Positions 47,954-59,458 of a stretch of DNA of 64,000 bases are shown one piece after another. Each line of letters opens with the position of its first letter. The stretch's first letter is position 1. Origin of the DNA: Squalus acanthias (Eukaryota); assembly GCA_030390025.1 (NCBI GenBank), contig CM059433.1, positions 23,004,001-23,068,000 on the forward strand, in the 5' to 3' direction. Under the pieces are notes generated by a model. That model saw nothing but the letters and a program-made list of their open reading frames with translations. It was not told where the DNA came from and searched no databases. The position numbers were made by a program, and so were the translations under genes.

Positions 47954-49936
47954 GGTCTGGAATTTCCTTGGAGTTCCTCCTGTTCCACTGCCATACCTTT
48001 GCCAGAAGCATGGTAGAATCCCCAGGGGCAATTTTAACTCCTCTGACGGCAGAAACAGGGCGGAAAGGAGTTTAAAATCCAAGCGGTAACACCATTTACC
48101 GCCCCAGAACAATTTTACTGCTTTCTTGGGCGGTTGAGGCACCCAACTAATTGAAGTGGGAGCCTCATGATTAAATGTAAATCGGGATCCTATTATGTCC
48201 TTGCTGATCGGCAAAACCTGGTGGACATTTAGCGGAGGCCGTATCGGGTAAGTTTATGGAGCTCGGAGGAGCAGGTGTTTGGGCTGCTGCTCCCCGGGGG
48301 CCTCACCACCCCCCCACCCCCCGCCCCACCCACCCCCAACCCCAATCCTTCTTGCCTGCAAAACCCTCTTGAACCCTCTCCCTGGTGACTTACCCGAGTT
48401 CTGGCTGAACGGGCTCTGGGCCATTAACGTAGAAACATAGAAGATAGGAGCAGGAGTAGGCCATTCAGCCCCTCTAGCCTGCTCCGCCATTCAATGCGAT
48501 CATGGCTGATCATCCAAATTCAGTACCCTGTCCCTGCTTTCTCCCCATATCCCTTGATCCCTTTAGCCTTAAGAAATATATCTAACTCCTTCTTGAATAT
48601 ATTTAATGAATTGGCCTCAACTGCCTTCTGTGGTAGAGAATTCCACAGGTTCACCACGCTCTGGGTAAAGAAATTCCTCCTCATCTCAGTCCTAAATGGC
48701 TTACCCCTTATCCTTAGACTGTGACCCCTGGTTCTGGACTCCCCCGCCATCGGGAACATCCTTCCTGCATCTAGTCTGTCTAGTCCTGTTAGAATTTTAT
48801 AAGTTTCAATGCGATCCCCTCTTATTCTTCTAAACTCTAGCGAATACAAGCCCAATCGTCCCAATCTCTCTTCATACGTCATTCCTGCCATCCCAGGTAT
48901 CAGTCTGGTGAATCTTCACTGCACTCCCTCCATGGCAAGAACATCCTTCCTCAGATAAGGCGACCAAAACTGCACACAGTACTCAAGGTGTGGTCTCACC
49001 AAGGCCCTGTACAACTGCAGCAAGACATCCTTGCTCCTGTACTCGAATCCTCTCGCTATGAAGGCCAACATACCATTTGCCTTCTTAACCGCCTGCTGTA
49101 CCTGCATGCTTACCTTCAACGACTGGTGCACAAGGACACCCAGGTCTCGTTGCACTTCCCCTTTTCCCAATCTATTGCCGTACAGATAATAATCTGCCTT
49201 CCTGTTTTTGCCACCAAAGTGGATAACCTCGCATTTATCCACATTATACTGCATCTGCCATGCATCTGCCCAATCACCCAACTTGTCCAAATCATACTGG
49301 AGTTTCTCTGCATCCTCCTCACAACACACACGCCCACCCAGCTTTGTGTCGTCTGCAAACTTGGAGATATTACATCTAGTTCCCTCGCCTAGATCATTAA
49401 TATATATTGTGAATAACTGGGGTCCTACCACCGATCCCTGCGGTACCCCACTAGTCACTGCCTGCCACTCGGTAAAAGACCCGTTTATTCCAACTCTTTG
49501 CTTCCTGTCTGCCAACCAGTTCTCTATCCAAGTCAGTGCCTGACCTCCAATCCCATGTGCTTTAACTTTACACGCTAATCTCTTATGCGGGACCTGATTG
49601 AAAGCCTTCTGAAAGTCCAAATACACCACATCCACTGGTTCTCCCTTATCTATTCTACCAGTTACATCCTCAAAAAATTCCAGTGGAATCCATTCTATCT
49701 TCTCAGACCACAAGCCAGCACGCTCTGTCTGGATTCCCGTTTTGGGTGGGCAGCTGGCCAACGAAATTGAAATGTCTTTAAAATGGAGCAGGCCGCCCAC
49801 TGCAGCTCCCAGGTGGGCGGTCTGCTCGACCTGCCAGCTTTCTGCCCGGGAGTTAAAATTCCCTCTCCTGCTGCTGCCACACTTCCGGTGAAGTTACAGG
49901 AGCGGAGTGAGAGCAGCTCCAAGGAAATTCTAGGCC
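47954..49936. mobile_element. Short MITE containing a nested MITE (48025-~49863) that contains a CR1
   Basis: Outer TIR GGTCTGGAATTTCCTTGGAG / CTCCAAGGAAATTCTAGGCC with CAA TSD; inner TIR GGGGCAATTTTAACTCC / GGAGTTAAAATTCCC. Confidence 0.75.
48428..49680 (-). mobile_element. CR1 LINE RT 3' fragment
   Basis: YLDFQKAF..GVPQGSVVGP..FADD..; one in-frame stop at 48916; same subfamily as 59459-60325. Confidence 0.93.
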
Positions 49937-50179
49937 CAAGTGAATGTATGGTTTCATTTTAAATTAGTCGGTGTTAGCCTGCAGTTAAAGTTGAATTTAC
50001 ACATTTGGATTGAAATTGCATGTAAACCCAAGATCAAATAAACAAATTCCCTCCTATTCATATACCAGAGCAAGTCTTCTTTCTAAATGCTGACATAAAC
50101 AAATTGCTTTAAGTTCTCAGTTCCTTTCGGTACTCTTGCTTTTCTAACAAGTTTGTTTACAAGTAACTTTGTTTTTTTT

Positions 50180-51056
50180 AATTTGTTTATGGGATGTGGG
50201 CGTCGCTGACAAGGCCAGCATTTATTGCCCTTGAGAAGGTGGTGGTGAGCCGCCTTCTTGAACCGCTGCAGTCCATGTGGTGAAGATACTCCCACAGTGC
50301 TGTTAAGTAGGGAGTTCCAGGATTTTGACCCAGCGACGATGAAGGATCGGCGATATACTTCTAAGTCAGGATGGTGTGTGACTTGGAGGGGAACTTGGAG
50401 GTGGTGGTGTTCCCATGCGCCTGCTGCCCTTGTCCTTCTCGATGAAAGAGGTTGCGGGTTTGGGAGGTGCTGCCGGAGAAGCCTTGGCAAGTTGCTGCAG
50501 TGCATCTGGTAGATGGTAAACACTGCAGCCACGGTGCGCCAGTGGTGGAGGGAGTGAATGTTTAAGGTGGTGGATGGGGTGCCAATCAAGCGGGCTGCTT
50601 TGTCCTGGATGGTGTCGAGCTTCTTGAGTGTTGTTGGAGCTGCACTCATCCAGGCAAGCGGAGAGTATTCCATCACACTCCTTACTTGTGCCTTGTAGAT
50701 GGTAGAAAGGCTTTTGGGAGTCAGGAGGTGAGACACTCGCCGCAGAATACCCAGCCTCTGACCTGCTCTTGCTGCCACAGTATTTATGTGGCTGGTCCAG
50801 TTAAGTTTCTGGTCAATGGTGACCCCAGGATGTTGATAGTGGGGGATTCGGCGATGGTAATGCCATTGAATGTCAAGGGGCGGTGGTTAGAGTCTCGCTT
50901 GTTGGAGGTAGTCATTGCCTGGCACTTCTGTGGCGCGAATGTTACCTGCCACTTATCAGCCCAAGCCTGAATGTCGTCCAGGTCTTGTTGCATGTGGGCA
51001 TGGACTGCTTCATTATCTGAGGAGTTGTGAATGGCACTGAACACTGTGCAGTCATC
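50180..51056 (-). mobile_element. Non-LTR retrotransposon 3' fragment (distinct CR1/L2-group family)
   Basis: DDCTVF..QQDLDDIQAWADKWQVTF; IYKAQVRSVMEYSPLAW..LDTIQDKAARLI; tail shared with the SINE at 18830. Confidence 0.85.
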
Positions 51057-51147
51057 AGTCATTTGTCTATCCCAACTTCCTCCACAAATGTTAGAATTTC
51101 TCAATCAGCACAAATTTTGAAAAGTGCAAAGTAAATTTAATACGCTA

Positions 51148-51637
51148 GGGGGAAAACTTCGGTGGCGCCCCCTTTGGGGCGCTAACGTCGCCAGCACCCC
51201 GAAAAAGTTAGCGCCCCGCACCGTAAATTCAGTAGTAGCGCCCCAAGCAGGAACTACCAGTGAATTTCGCGGCACTACATACAACAGCACCACGCGCGTC
51301 GGCATGTAGCGCCGCATCACTGCAGGCCTCCCTCCCCTGATCTAGAGGAGTGCTGGGCTGAGCGATCGCGGCCGGCACCCCGAAGAAAAAAGGGAAAGGG
51401 GGCAGGTGCTGGCAGTCGGCCAAAAAAAAATGGCTGCCTGACACCTGCCCTTTAAGTAGCGCCGCCGTAGCTGCAAAAACAGCACCCTGACCCTATTGGA
51501 CATATCGTCCAGCGATAGGTCAGGGGGGCGCAACCCAAGGTTACGGCCGGGGCGCTGCGCACGGCGATGACGTCATCGTTGGCGGCGCAAAGCCGCGGGG
51601 CGCTAACGGGAGGCGCAAAGCAATCCAATTTTTTCCC
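51148..51637. mobile_element. GC-rich Harbinger-type MITE
   Basis: Termini GGGGGAAAACTTCGG / CAATTTTTTCCC; CTA TSD; related to 23378-24038. Confidence 0.8.
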
Positions 51638-52732
51638 CTAAGGATTAACTTACACATCCAAATCTACAGATAAAGTGCAAGTTTATACAATTGAAAAGGA
51701 TATAAAGCACAGTGCAGAATTGTGCAAAATTGAGGAGGTACTATATTTGTTCATTGTTGAAAGTATTTGTTGGAGGGTGACACTAGCATTTTCAGGACAA
51801 ATGTTTCACAAAGAAGTGAGTCTTCTTCAGAGTGTTCGTAAACCTGGTGTGCATTTAGATGCTCTCATGTCGGAGGCTGGTGTGATGACAAGAATAAACA
51901 ACCCCTGTGGGTTTTTATTTTCATTCAATGATAAAAATGGAAAAAAATTAATAAATAAACAGACAACATGACAAGTCTTCACTCAAGGTCACTTTCTGCT
52001 TAAACCACATTAGGCTGTCCATATCTCAAACAGTGTCGGCACTTGTCACTGGCTCTCATGACAAAGTTGAACATAAAATGGTCTTGACAGCACAAGAGAG
52101 CCTGAACAGAAGTCAGCAAGGGCGATCAAGACTTGAATAAGAAACCAGTTCTGACACACTGGGATACAGAATTTAGATCATTCAGTTTTCAGTGATTTTT
52201 AAAAAAATTTCTTCTAAAGCAAAACTTCTAAAGTACAAATATGAAAGGTTATTAGACATTACGGGGGTAGAAAGTCAATTCAAGGCTGCCCGTTTAACCA
52301 GCATTAAAATCAGTCTAAGTCCTCTGAATTTCGTGTCGTGATCTGTCGCAGCCAAGCTACACCAGAATTGCGCCGGACTTGGGTAACTTTTAGTCATCCA
52401 GGGCACCTTCCTGAAAGCAACGGGGGCCTAATAAACATTTGTAAATTAGGGTCCTGCTTGTACTAAAGACCCTTCTGCCAAATCGAACTTTGGGAGCGCT
52501 GTATTCGTTCATTCTATAACCTGTGCACAAATCCTTGGCAACAATAGTTGGGAAGAAGTCTGCACCAATGTTATTTAAAGGCAAGTCTCTGGTTAGTTGT
52601 TTTAGACTGCTTGTGAAATTTTAGGCCTATTTCTGGCTTTATTTAGCTGCTCTAGCTGAGTTAAAAAATTAAGCAAAGTTATATTTTGGAGTTTGCAGGA
52701 CAATCTCTGCCCAGGGGCTTACGCACACACTT

Positions 52733-55700
52733 ACATAGAACATAGAACAGTACAGCACAGTACAGGCCCTTCGGCCCTCGATGTTGTGCCGAGCATTGTC
52801 CGAGACCAAGATCAAGCTATCACACTCCCTATCACTCTGGTGTGCTTCATGTGCTTATCCAATAACCGCTTGAAAGTTCCTAAAGTGTCCGACTCCACTA
52901 TCACAGCAGGCAGTCCATTCCACACCCCAACCACTCTCTGAGTAAAGAATCTACCTCGGACATCCCTTCTATATCTCCCCCCATGCACCTTATAGTTATG
53001 CCCCCTTGTAACAGCTGCCTCTACCCGAGGAAATAGTCTCTGAACATCCACTCTATCTATCCCCCTCATCATCTTATAAACCTCTATTAAGTCGCCTCTC
53101 ATCCTCCTCCGCTCTAAAGAGAAAAGCCCCAACTCCCTCAATCTTTCCTCATAAGACCTCCCCCCCAAACCAGGCAGCATCCTGGTAAATCTCCTTTGCA
53201 CTCTTTCCAATGCTTCCACGTCCTTCCTATAGTGAGGTGACCAGAACTGCACACAATATTCCAAATGTGGTCTCACCAAGGTCCTGTACAGTTGCAGCAT
53301 AACCTCACGGTTCTTAAACTCAAACCCTCTGTTAATAAACGCCAACACACCATAGGCCTTCTTTACTGCTCTATCCACTTGAGTGGCAACCTTCAGAGAT
53401 CTGTGGATATGAACCCCCAGATCCCTCTGCTCCTCCACGTTCCTCAGAACCCTGCCGTTGACCCTGTAATCCTTATTCAAATTTGCCCTACCAAAATGAA
53501 TCACCTCGCACTTATCAGGGTTAAATTCCATCTGCCATTTTTCGGCCCAGCTCTGCATCCTATCAATGTCTCTTTGCAGCCTACAACAGCCCTCCACCTC
53601 ATCCACTGCTCCACCAATCTTGGTGTCATCAGCAAATTTACTGATCCACCCTTCAGTCCCCTCCTCCAAGTCATTGATAAAAATCACAAACAGCAGAGGA
53701 CCCAGCACCGACCCCTGTGGCACACCGCTGGTAACTGGTCTCCAGTCCGAAAATGTTCCATCCACCACCACTCTCTGCCTTCTATGAGATAGCCAGTTAC
53801 TTATCCAATCGGCCAAATTTCCCTCTATCCCACAACTCCTTACTTTCTTCATGAGCCGACCATGGGGAACCTTATCAAACGCCTTACTAAAATCCATGTA
53901 TACGACATCAACTGCTCTACCTTCATCTACACACTTAGTTACCTCCTCAAAGAATTCAATCAAATTTGTTAGGCAAGACTTACCCTTCACAAATCCGTGT
54001 TGACTATCCCTGATTAAGTTGCCCCTTTCCAAATGGTCATAAATCCTATCCCTCAGGACCTTTTCCATTATCTTACCAACCACCGAAGTAAGACTAACCG
54101 GCCTATAATTACCAGGGTCATTCCTATTTCCTTTCTTGAAGAGAGGAACAACATTCTCCACTCTCCAGTCCTCTGGCACCATTCCCGTGGACAGTGAGGA
54201 CCCAAAGATCAAAGCCAGAGGCTCTGCAATCTCCTCCCTTGCCTCCCAAAGAATCCTAGGATATATCCCATCTGGCCCAGGGGACTTATCGACCCTCAGG
54301 TTCTTCAAAATTGCTAAAACATCTTCCCTCAGAACATCTACCACCTCCAGCCTATCCACCTTTATCACACTCTCATCCTCAAGAACATGGCCCCTCTCCT
54401 CGGTGAACACTGACGAAAAGTATTCATTCATCACCTCTCCTATCTCTTCTGACTCCATGCACAAGTTCCCACTACTGTCCTTGACCGGCCCTACCCTCAC
54501 CCTGGTCATTCTTTTATTTCTCACATAAGAGTAAAATGCCTTGGGGTTTTTCTTGATCCGACCCGCCAAGGACTTCTCATGCCCCCTCCTAGCTCTCCTA
54601 AGCTCTTTTTTTAGCTCATTCCTTGCTACCTTGTACCCCTCAATCGACCCAACTGAACCTTGTTTTCTCATCCTTACATACGCTTCCTTTTTCCTCTTGA
54701 CTAGACATTCAACCTCTTTTGTGAACCATGGTTCTCTCACTCGGCCATTTCCTCCCTGCCTGACAGGGACATACCTATCAAGGACACGCAGTAATTGCTC
54801 CATGAAAAAGCTCCACTTTTCGTTTGTGCCTTTCCCTGATAGTTTCTGTTCCCATCTTATACTCCCTAATTCTTGCCTAATCGCATCATAATTACCCCTC
54901 CCCCAATTATAAACCCTGCCCTGCCATATGGCCCTATCCCTCTCCATTGCAATAGTGAACGTTACCGAATTGTGGTCACTATCTCCAAAGTGCTCTCCCA
55001 CATACAAATCAAACACTTGGCCCGGTTCATTACCCAGTACCAAATCCAACGTGGCCCCAGCTCTTGTCGGCCTATCCACATATTGTGTCAGGAAACCCTC
55101 CTGCACACACTGTGCAAAAACTATCCCATCCGAACTGTTTGACCTATAAAGGTTCCAATCAATATTTGGAAAGTTGAAGTCACCCATGACAACTACTCTG
55201 TGACCTCCACACCTATTCATAATCTGCTTTGCAATTTCTTCCTCCACATCTCTATTACTATTTGGGGGCCTGTAGAAAACTCCTAACAACGTGACCGCTC
55301 CTTTCCTATTTCTAACTTCAGCCCATATTACCTCAGACGGCAGATCCCCCTCGAACTGCCTTTCTGCCGCTGTTAAACTATCCTTGATTAACAATGCTAC
55401 TCCTCCACCTTTCTTACCAACTTCCCTACTCTTACTGAAACATCTATACCCCGGAACTTCCAACAACCATTCCTGTCCCTGTTCTAACCATGTCTCCGTA
55501 ATGGCCACCACATCGTAGTCCCAAGTACCAATCCACGCTCCAAGTTCTCCTACCTTATTCCGGATGCTCCTTGCATTGAAGTAGACACACTTCAAGCCAT
55601 CTTCCTGTCTGCCGGTACATTCCTGCGACCTTGATACCCTCCTCAGTACCTCCCTACACTCACCACTGGCTCCTGGACTACAGCCCTTTTTCCCATCCCC

Positions 55701-55753
55701 CTGACAAATTAGTTTAAACCCCCCCGAAGAGCCGTAGCAAATTTCCCTCCCAA
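52733..55753 (-). mobile_element. Young CR1 LINE, 5'-truncated in the last codons of ORF1
   Basis: ORF1 tail LGGKFATALRGGLN*; complete ORF2; short 3' UTR and TTCTATGT tail repeats. Confidence 0.95.
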
Positions 55754-55865
55754 CATGGGTGTGCTGCTCGGTCTGCCATTGGAGCTGGAGGATGAGGAGG
55801 AGGAAGAGCAGCAAGTCAGAGTGCAGAGACCTGCAGCTGCTGGGAGAGCTTCTCCTCGCCGCCAT
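52812..55865 (-). CDS. CR1 ORF2 (APE endonuclease plus reverse transcriptase), uninterrupted; first ~37 codons are Harbinger-derived
   Basis: NARSI, AITETW, GDFN, LDLV, SDH (APE); YRPVSLTS, QHGF, DFSKAFD, GVPQGSVLGP, FADD (RT); 1017 codons without a stop. Confidence 0.92.
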   Translation of the reverse strand: MAARRSSPSSCRSLHSDLLLFLLLILQLQWQTEQHTHVGREICYGSSGGFKLICQGDGKKGCSPGASGECREVLRRVSRSQECTGRQEDGLKCVYFNARSIRNKVGELGAWIGTWDYDVVAITETWLEQGQEWLLEVPGYRCFSKSREVGKKGGGVALLIKDSLTAAERQFEGDLPSEVIWAEVRNRKGAVTLLGVFYRPPNSNRDVEEEIAKQIMNRCGGHRVVVMGDFNFPNIDWNLYRSNSSDGIVFAQCVQEGFLTQYVDRPTRAGATLDLVLGNEPGQVFDLYVGEHFGDSDHNSVTFTIAMERDRAIWQGRVYNWGRGNYDAIRQELGSIRWEQKLSGKGTNEKWSFFMEQLLRVLDRYVPVRQGGNGRVREPWFTKEVECLVKRKKEAYVRMRKQGSVGSIEGYKVARNELKKELRRARRGHEKSLAGRIKKNPKAFYSYVRNKRMTRVRVGPVKDSSGNLCMESEEIGEVMNEYFSSVFTEERGHVLEDESVIKVDRLEVVDVLREDVLAILKNLRVDKSPGPDGIYPRILWEAREEIAEPLALIFGSSLSTGMVPEDWRVENVVPLFKKGNRNDPGNYRPVSLTSVVGKIMEKVLRDRIYDHLERGNLIRDSQHGFVKGKSCLTNLIEFFEEVTKCVDEGRAVDVVYMDFSKAFDKVPHGRLMKKVRSCGIEGNLADWISNWLSHRRQRVVVDGTFSDWRPVTSGVPQGSVLGPLLFVIFINDLEEGTEGWISKFADDTKIGGAVDEVEGCCRLQRDIDRMQSWAEKWQMEFNPDKCEVIHFGRANLNKDYRVNGRVLRNVEEQRDLGVHIHRSLKVATQVDRAVKKAYGVLAFINRGFEFKNREVMLQLYRTLVRPHLEYCVQFWSPHYRKDVEALERVQRRFTRMLPGLGGRSYEERLRELGLFSLERRRMRGDLIEVYKMMRGIDRVDVQRLFPRVEAAVTRGHNYKVHGGRYRRDVRGRFFTQRVVGVWNGLPAVIVESDTLGTFKRLLDKHMKHTRVIGSVIA

Positions 55866-56599
55866 CTTCCCTGCTCAGCGATGACTGAGAGCCAGGATTG
55901 AAAACAGGCAAAATGCAACTCCCCTTTAAGAATAGCAAGCTGCCTTCAAACGGTGTCACTGACACCCGATTTCCTGCACCTCTCACCCAATCGGCAAGCT
56001 GACAATACATAGTGACGCTGGCAACTCCTCAGTCATAATCAGAAGAGGCACGAGCCCGTGCCTCTCGCCGAGGTCGTTGTGCAAGCGTATCAGATACTTT
56101 GCCCATTTTGCGTCAGTTTTCGGCATAAGCTGAATTTCTCTCCCTACCAACCCATGCGGACCAACTGATTAACTTTATTGTGCCTGTATGCAGCAACATA
56201 TCTTGCTGCAGGTTATTGCACTAGTCAATGGGTGGTTGTAGTAAGAATGATATTTGGGGATGATAAGTGACATTTTTCCACAAATAGCATATCTGTTTAC
56301 CTTTTATTAGAAAGCTTTTCAGGGCATGACTACAGGAGTAATGGGATGTTTTCGACTGATAACCTTCAAATGTACTTGAACATCCAATTAGAACCAGCCT
56401 GATGAATGATAGGGTCCTTGGCCGGGTTATGTTGCTTATTAGTCTGTGCTGCACAGTCTTTCTCTGTTGATACAGACCAAATTGACCACCTGCATCAAAG
56501 TGCGTACCATTGAGTGTATTGTTCTCCTTTTTTACACATCACAATGGGCCATAAATGCAGCTGTTCGGTGAGAAAGTCAGATTGTACAGACACTGGCTG

Positions 56600-59290
56600 T
56601 GTGCAACATTTGTAAAGCTCGGTTATCTGTCCTAGGTCCTGCCATTCTTAACAGGAGGCATGAAAAACAAGATGAGTTCTTGAGTCCAGAGGGTGGTCAT
56701 TGAGCAAGTTTGGTCCCAGCGAATCACTGAGTATGTCAACATCAGCTCAGAGTCCCAAAGAGCATGGAAGGATGTGAGGAGGAAGTACCATGACTCGAGA
56801 ATAGCCACTGAGGTAACAAGCAACTTGTTTATATATTCCAATTGACCATGGAAATCAAACTGCAAATGCTTCAACCTTTACTCTGCACTCTTTTCACATT
56901 TTTCATTCTGATTGCTTAAAGTATTGGAAATGTTGTGATCAGAAGTCACACCTAGCCCTAGTGATAAAGACTGATATAGTGCAAAGATGTTACAACGAAG
57001 GCAGTTCTTTGTTTAAAAAATAACAGGTCTCATAATGTTGCATTGTGCATGCCATGACTGTACAGGAAAGCTAATTTTCGTGAATCTTGGTGGACAAACC
57101 CTGCCATACCGTTGACTCAAGTCACTTTCATAGAAAAGTGTCTCATACAGCAACTGTTCTCAATGACACAGGTGGGGGCACTATCACATTGAAGCCCCGA
57201 TAACAAAGGGTGTGGCCTAGATCAGTCTGGAGATAGTGGAAGGCACTCCTCTTGAGAAACATGAGCCAGCTTGCATGTTCAAATTCATGCTACCTTTTCC
57301 TGATTTTCAAAGCAGCTAACATGGCAGTCTCGGTGCTGACACAGACAACATCAGCGTTCCACATAATTACTTTCAACTGCAATGATGAATTGACAAAGTG
57401 TACTAATGCACTCATAAATCTTCCTTCAAATCTCTCCACAGATGATATTGCAGGAAGCAGTGAGGCACAGCCAGAAGCAGTGCAGCATCACTAATGGGCC
57501 TGTGCACTAAATGGCAGCGTAGGTCGTAGTATTCCGGGAGCTATGGACGTGGAGGGGAGGAAGAAGCAGTGAGGGATATTGCACAGCACAGTTAAGAGCT
57601 AGGGTTTAGAAACTGAAGAAGAGATGGGGGGCTGTTCTAGGGTAGCAGTGGCTGAGCAGCAAGCCATCACAATGCCTGCCTCTGCCCAGGCTCCTCAGAC
57701 TAGGCTGGTTAATCTCTCAGAAGATGATTGATCACCTGGAAAATGCAGAGAAATCTTCCTGCCCGATCCAGTTTGGAAGTCAGCTGGCAGGAATTAAGTG
57801 ATGCCCACGAGTTGAAATAGCCCAGGCCTCATTTCTGGTGAAGGCGGTGAGTTCGCCACCCACCCGCCCCGAGTTAGAACCGGGGCCATGATCCTCAACT
57901 CTCAAAGTGCCCAAGAGGACCATGTGCAGATTCAATCTAGACCCTAACAGTATCTTTGGGCACTTGCTCCTACAATGGCAAATATCAGCACAGGTACAGC
58001 TACTCTGTGGGGGGTCAAGTAATGAGTTGCAGAAGGGTATACTTGGTGAAGAGAAGCAAGGAGTGAGGTGAGTCAAGAGTCGAAGTTGAAGGAGGTCCAA
58101 CCTCATTGCCAGCTCAAGGGCTTATTCAGCTGCTGAGTCCAGGGGATTGGACCTCACAAGGCTTGCCTACCAATGCAATTTGGTAGTTCAGCATTAGGAG
58201 TTTACGCAATCATTTGACAATGTGAAGGAGTCCAGAATTTTCAACTGTACAGTGCTGTTTGAGCTGCAGACTACCAGGAACAGCATGGCTATTCCAGGGC
58301 TCTCTGGAATGAGTTCTCCTTTAGGCCAAGTCCATAAGCTCAGGCATTCTGAGCTTGAAGTCCATTATACATCTCATGACTGAGACTCCAGATCAATGTT
58401 CCCACTAAGCCAGCCGCACAGCGGACTAGAGGTCCCACGCAGGCCGCTCACCGGTTTTTCAATGGAAGAAAATTTGAATGGGCCGCACAGCCAGTTAAAG
58501 GGACCGTGCACGAAATAAAAAGAATTAGAGGGAACATTGCTCCAGATATCTTGGGCTCCAATCACCATGCTTGGGAATCATGGTTAAGAAGAAGACATAC
58601 ACAGTATACTTTCAAAAAGAAACACTGGGGAAAACACATAGAAAACACCTGCATCACACACTTTTAGGGTACATAAAATTTGCTTAACTGATACTTTAAC
58701 ATTGCAATAGGGTAAAATTAAAATAAGATGGTTGGGTCCTGATATAAGGCTTTAGGCAATCATGATCATGGTTTGTTTGTCCAGGGTATGATGACTCTTG
58801 TGCATTGGATCTTTCAAGCTCTTAAGTGAATGTGTCAACTATTAGAGCCTGCTTAAGACTCTTGCTAAGTGACCAGCTTGGTTGTGCAGATATGTCTCCT
58901 GACTCTTGGTCGGGGTGCCTTCTGTCAGTGGATGATGCTGCCTGTGTTCTGCTTGCCTGATTCACGACAAGGCCCCTTTGCAGACTGAAGTTGTGTAAGG
59001 TGCAACAGGCAACAATAACTTTGGACATCTTAGCTAGGCTGTACTGCAATAATCCCCTCTTCAGTTCAGTCATCTGCACCTTTGTTTAAGGATGCTCCAC
59101 CAAGATCTTGGTAGCTGCATGTAGCTCATTACGTTGCTCTTCAAGTCTTGTCCTGGGGTGTCCTAAAGGCGTAAAGAGCCACAGCTACAAGCTTGGTCCC
59201 CCAGCAGCCATCCACTCAGTGTTCCTGGCACTTGGAATAATGACATCATAGTGGATTGCCATAAAATGAAGGCGCCATGGCAACTGACAG
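56600..59290. mobile_element. Ancient decayed Harbinger (Myb gene on plus, transposase C-terminus on minus)
   Basis: Plus: VWSQRITEYVN..RAWKDVRRKYHD at ~56700-56810; minus: HGAFILWQS..GWLLGD and LQYS..VIVACCTLHNF at 58822-59290. Confidence 0.7.
58394..58539. mobile_element. hAT-type MITE
   Basis: TIR CAATGTTCCCACTAA / TTAGAGGGAACATTG; perfect 8-bp TSD CTCCAGAT. Confidence 0.88.
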
Positions 59291-59458
59291 TGAAGGGATC
59301 TGACTCGGCAGTCATTTCAAACTAACCACTCTACCTTGGAAAGATCATCTTGAAACGTTTACTTTGTACGAATCACATCATTTATTCTGTACATTAACCA
59401 GATAATCGTGTAGTTAGCTTGGCCAAAAGACGTGTTTAAACTTAATCTTGACAGCTGG

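Larger units (their letters stand above)
52263..56144. mobile_element. Non-autonomous Harbinger (~0.86 kb) hosting a CR1
   Basis: Termini GGGGGTAGAAAGTC / GAATTTCTCTCCC; TAC TSD; transposase N-terminal remnant MGVLLGLPLELEDEEEEEQ at 55755. Confidence 0.75.

Noticed and set aside
47793..48011. Host exon MLLAKVWQWNRR...
   Set aside because: Its start lies in the TIR region of the MITE at 47954
53265..55518. Plus-strand ORFs overlapping CR1 ORF2
   Set aside because: Antisense shadows of the RT coding frame
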